A stretch of 64,000 nucleotides of DNA from the human T2T-CHM13v2.0 reference genome, Homo sapiens. Shown here one piece after another: positions 60,301-64,000 of the stretch. The notes under the pieces were generated by a model that saw only the letters and a program-made list of their open reading frames with translations, did no database searches and had not been told where the DNA came from. The position numbers and the translations under genes were made by a program. Each line of letters begins with the position of its first letter. The first letter of the stretch is position 1. The stretch lies in the NCBI RefSeq assembly GCF_009914755.1, contig NC_060930.1; one strand, written 5' to 3'.

Positions 60301-62349
60301 GCTTTAATTCACTTTATCACACCTGCTGTAGTTCTTTGCAGTAAGAAACGACATCAGGATCTCTATCCACACCAGGTTTATAGGCCTCTCAGATAATTAT
60401 GAATCAGTACAGTTAGGTTCAGAACAGTTGTTTCTCCCTGGAGTTCATTAGCATATTTTAGCTGCTCTGTAATTGTATACTCACCACATTAATCCAGATG
60501 TCCTATATCTCCCAATCCCATACAAATAGAGTGAAGCAAATCTCCGTAAAAAACAGACATTGTATAGGCATGACTTGTGTACAATCATGTTGTGGGTCAC
60601 TGTTATAAGCAAGATATTGGGACATTTTTCCTTTCCATAAACCTTTAACCACTTTTCCTAGCAGAGCTCCTAAGAGCATAAGCCAAGGCTGACATGCCCT
60701 CTGCAGTTGGCCTCTCTTCACCACTGGACCTGGGTCATCTAAGTGTCTTTTGATGGGTCCTTGTAAATGCAAACCTCAGAGAAAGGGTTCTGTCAACTGC
60801 CCTAGAGCATCTACACCACCATGTGATGCCGAGAGATCTGTCACTTACCACAAGTCTTTAACTTCTTTCTTGGAGTTGATTGGTAGTCTGCAGGATAGAC
60901 AACTCTTGCTAAACTTGGCGACAACTCCTTGGATCTTCTCCAGCCATATTTCATACCAGAATAGAAGATAGAAAAATAGCACATCTCTTGGGATGTGGCT
61001 GGTAGGATAGCCACCAATTCTGAAACCCCAAGGTTGTGTTCCAACTGTAAACAGAGTTGCTTTTGCAATTTAAATGCTTATAGCTTATTAATGACCACTA
61101 TCTTTGACAGTGTTAGAGCAACCAAGTGAGACACTGCCTCACTGACTATAGTCAGAGTAGAGGGGGACTTCCAGAAGACTCTAATTGGCATCTCTTTCTA
61201 GTCTCTGAAGGGTTCCTTCGGACCGCTAGGAGAGTTTGTATAAAGTATTGCCTGCAGGGTAGACGGTTGGCTGTAAATTTCTGTCACATTAAACTTGCAA
61301 TTTGTGGTACCCAAACTATCCCAGTGACTAAAAAAGTGAGAAAGAAAATGTCATCATAAATACTCATGATGAGATTAAGTGGTAGAACCTAAAACTTCAG
61401 ATCAAACCCATTTCGAGTACTACTTTGAAGATAAGACATTTTGTGACAAAAGCAGAACATATGAAAATGTAGAAGTAATTTTTATGGGTTTATTAATCTT
61501 GTGGATATTTGAATAATAACGTTCAACCTTTTCTGTAGCCTCATTGCTCTTGGCATTGTTTTTAGTGAGTTGTGCCCTTGCCTTTGTTTTTAGAGGGAGC
61601 AGCTGCACTGAGCCGTGCATATTCTCCCACCCCACCCCCAGTGGTAAGCTCAGCAGCAGCCAGATCAGGATCCTGCATGAGAAGTATATACTTTGCTTAT
61701 GAAATACAGCTATCTTCTGTGTGCATATGACCAGTCTGTAAAGGATCATATCCCATTTCACCCAATTTTTTACAAATCATTATCATTCTATTGTTTTTTA
61801 CTGTTCTCACTTACACTGCTACCTGTTTTATTCTGTGCAAACCCTACAACACATTTGCTTTCTTGCTTCTTTTCCTTACTGCCTCCCAGAACCCTTTGGG
61901 AGGCTTCACACTTCTTGTATCTCAGACCACCTGCTCTCCCAACCTCTACAAACAAAGATAGGATACATTTGAATACAGTCACAGACTAGGAGAAATGTTT
62001 TGTAATATTCAGGGATAATCTCCCTAACATGGGTTAAGAGACTGTATGAACATAGATGGGAGATACAAGGAGTAGATAAAGAGGCCTCTCTCAACTACAC
62101 GGTATGACTACAGCTAAAGGTAATGTGTTCACTTTCCCGCCTCCTGCACCAAGCACTGTGAAGTACCTGGCAGAAGTGCTACGTAGAAGTTTTGTTGATT
62201 TTTTTTCAATTTCAGTAAAGTAAATAGAACATAGAAGAGTGATCACCCAGTATTCTCTAGGGTACACACATCATCATGATAAGAAAATTACTGCAAAAGT
62301 GATTTTTGGCTGAGTTTGCCTTTAAGTTAAGATAGTAGAGTAGACGAGA

Positions 62350-62563
62350 ACTGGCTTTGGGCCCAATGCTAATGTTAAATATTAGCCCTGCCACTTACCA
62401 GTGGTGTGACCTTGGACCAGTTAAACATTTCCAACCCTCATTTTCTTTATCTTTGAATCAGAGAGAATGATGGGACATTCCTCCTGTCATTGTAAGGACT
62501 AAATTAGTTAATTCCTGCTGTAATGCCTAGCACATAATAAGCACTATATAAATGTTTGCTATT
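62350..62563 (+). mobile_element. MIR whose 3' end is the Alu insertion site
   Basis: ctgccacttaccagtggtgtgaccttggac..gcctagcacataataagcact..gctatt|Alu|attat. Confidence 0.6.
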
Positions 62564-62893
<330 letters not shown>

Positions 62894-64000
62894 CTACTCT
62901 ATTTGGGAGACTGTATTATTAATTTTTATGCTATATTTAAGAGTTCTAATAATTAAGACCCTCTCTTTTAACTAGATTGAATATGTATGAAGTTAAATTT
63001 ACCTACTTCATCACTGTTCTTTGATCTAATCAGCCTTGTCATCAACACACACTCACTGAATGCCTACTATACATATACCCCTAAGCCACCTCTTAATGCT
63101 ACTACATATGGTGTCTAAAATTCCTCCTTGCCTCATTATATGTTTGCAGAAGGATCAACATGTATGGAACTTCATGTCTCCTGACTTTCAAGAATAAGAT
63201 CTTAACTTGCATGTTCTTGGCTAGATACTTTGTGTAACAACCCCCCCACTCAATGATTGCTTTCTTTCTTTACTTCCTCTAACTGACCTAGAATTCTTTA
63301 CACAATGCTGGCTGCTGAAAAGTTGCATGAAAAATATATAATGCCATAAGAATTCTCTTCTTACAATAGCTCCGTTATTGTTTCAGCATGGTAACAGCAT
63401 CGTTTGTCTTTCCAATCATAGGCAACACCATTACTTGTGAGGCCCATTATTTTCTCAAGAATTATACCAGCCTGCTTCTAAGTATCCATCACCTCATTCT
63501 TGTGCCCTTTATGTTTAGTGGCACAATGCAAAGGTTTTATATTAGAAGAGATCTTCAGTCACAAGCTGCTCATAAGAAACACCTGGTGTAAATGTTAACC
63601 AACATTAATCTTTTCTGTATACCTAAGGTGTTACCTGCATCAGTGAGTGCAGCTAACGATTGCTTCTTAAAATTTTTCTCCACTTTTCAAAGCTTTCATT
63701 CCCTTTGAAAAATATTAATCTTTGTATAATGGTGCTGTTTGATTTTGGCTAATCATCTTCCTTCTGTGTCTTATCTTATAAGGTAACATGTTAAGAACTT
63801 GGTCTCTATAATATTTTCTCTCCTCCTAGCTTTTGAGTTCTGGATGAAATGTGCAATCTCTTTTCTGAGATAGTTGAACCTATTTGACTTGAATTACTTA
63901 ATCTAAAATAATGCTAATCTTTGTGTTTTTTTATGGCCCTCACCCCAAAATGTAATCCCTGAAAAACCTGGAAAAGTCTTCTTTCCTTTCTTCCTAGAAG

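Noticed and set aside
63975-64000. Acceptor-like tcttctttcctttcttcctagaag at the window end
   Set aside because: Downstream sequence is not visible, so no exon can be supported.

Overview
This is AT-rich primate (most likely human) genomic DNA, almost entirely intronic. The only host coding sequence is two 54-bp, phase-0 Gly-X-Y exons on the + strand: 11184-11237 (GSLGIQGPQGPPGKEGQR) and 44930-44983 (GRRGKTGPPGKPGPPGPP). They are separated by a 33,692-bp intron, and I recognise the joined peptide as COL19A1 from memory, not from a search. The rest is interspersed repeats: a 4.2-kb 5'-truncated sense L1PA with TSD, about ten Alu/FLAM copies, hAT and Tc1/mariner MITEs, a MaLR LTR, and L1M, L2, L3 and MIR fragments. 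There is also an antisense RPL37 processed pseudogene and two (GT)n microsatellites. I found no evidence of a new gene or multi-gene system. The most unusual signals are fossil template-switching events. One is an Alu monomer at 39.6-40.3 kb containing three locally copied patches. Another is a perfect 25-bp inverted copy inserted into an L2 at 33.7 kb, and there are also two micro fold-back duplications. Repeat subfamily calls are by eye against remembered consensus sequences, and boundaries of old repeats are approximate.
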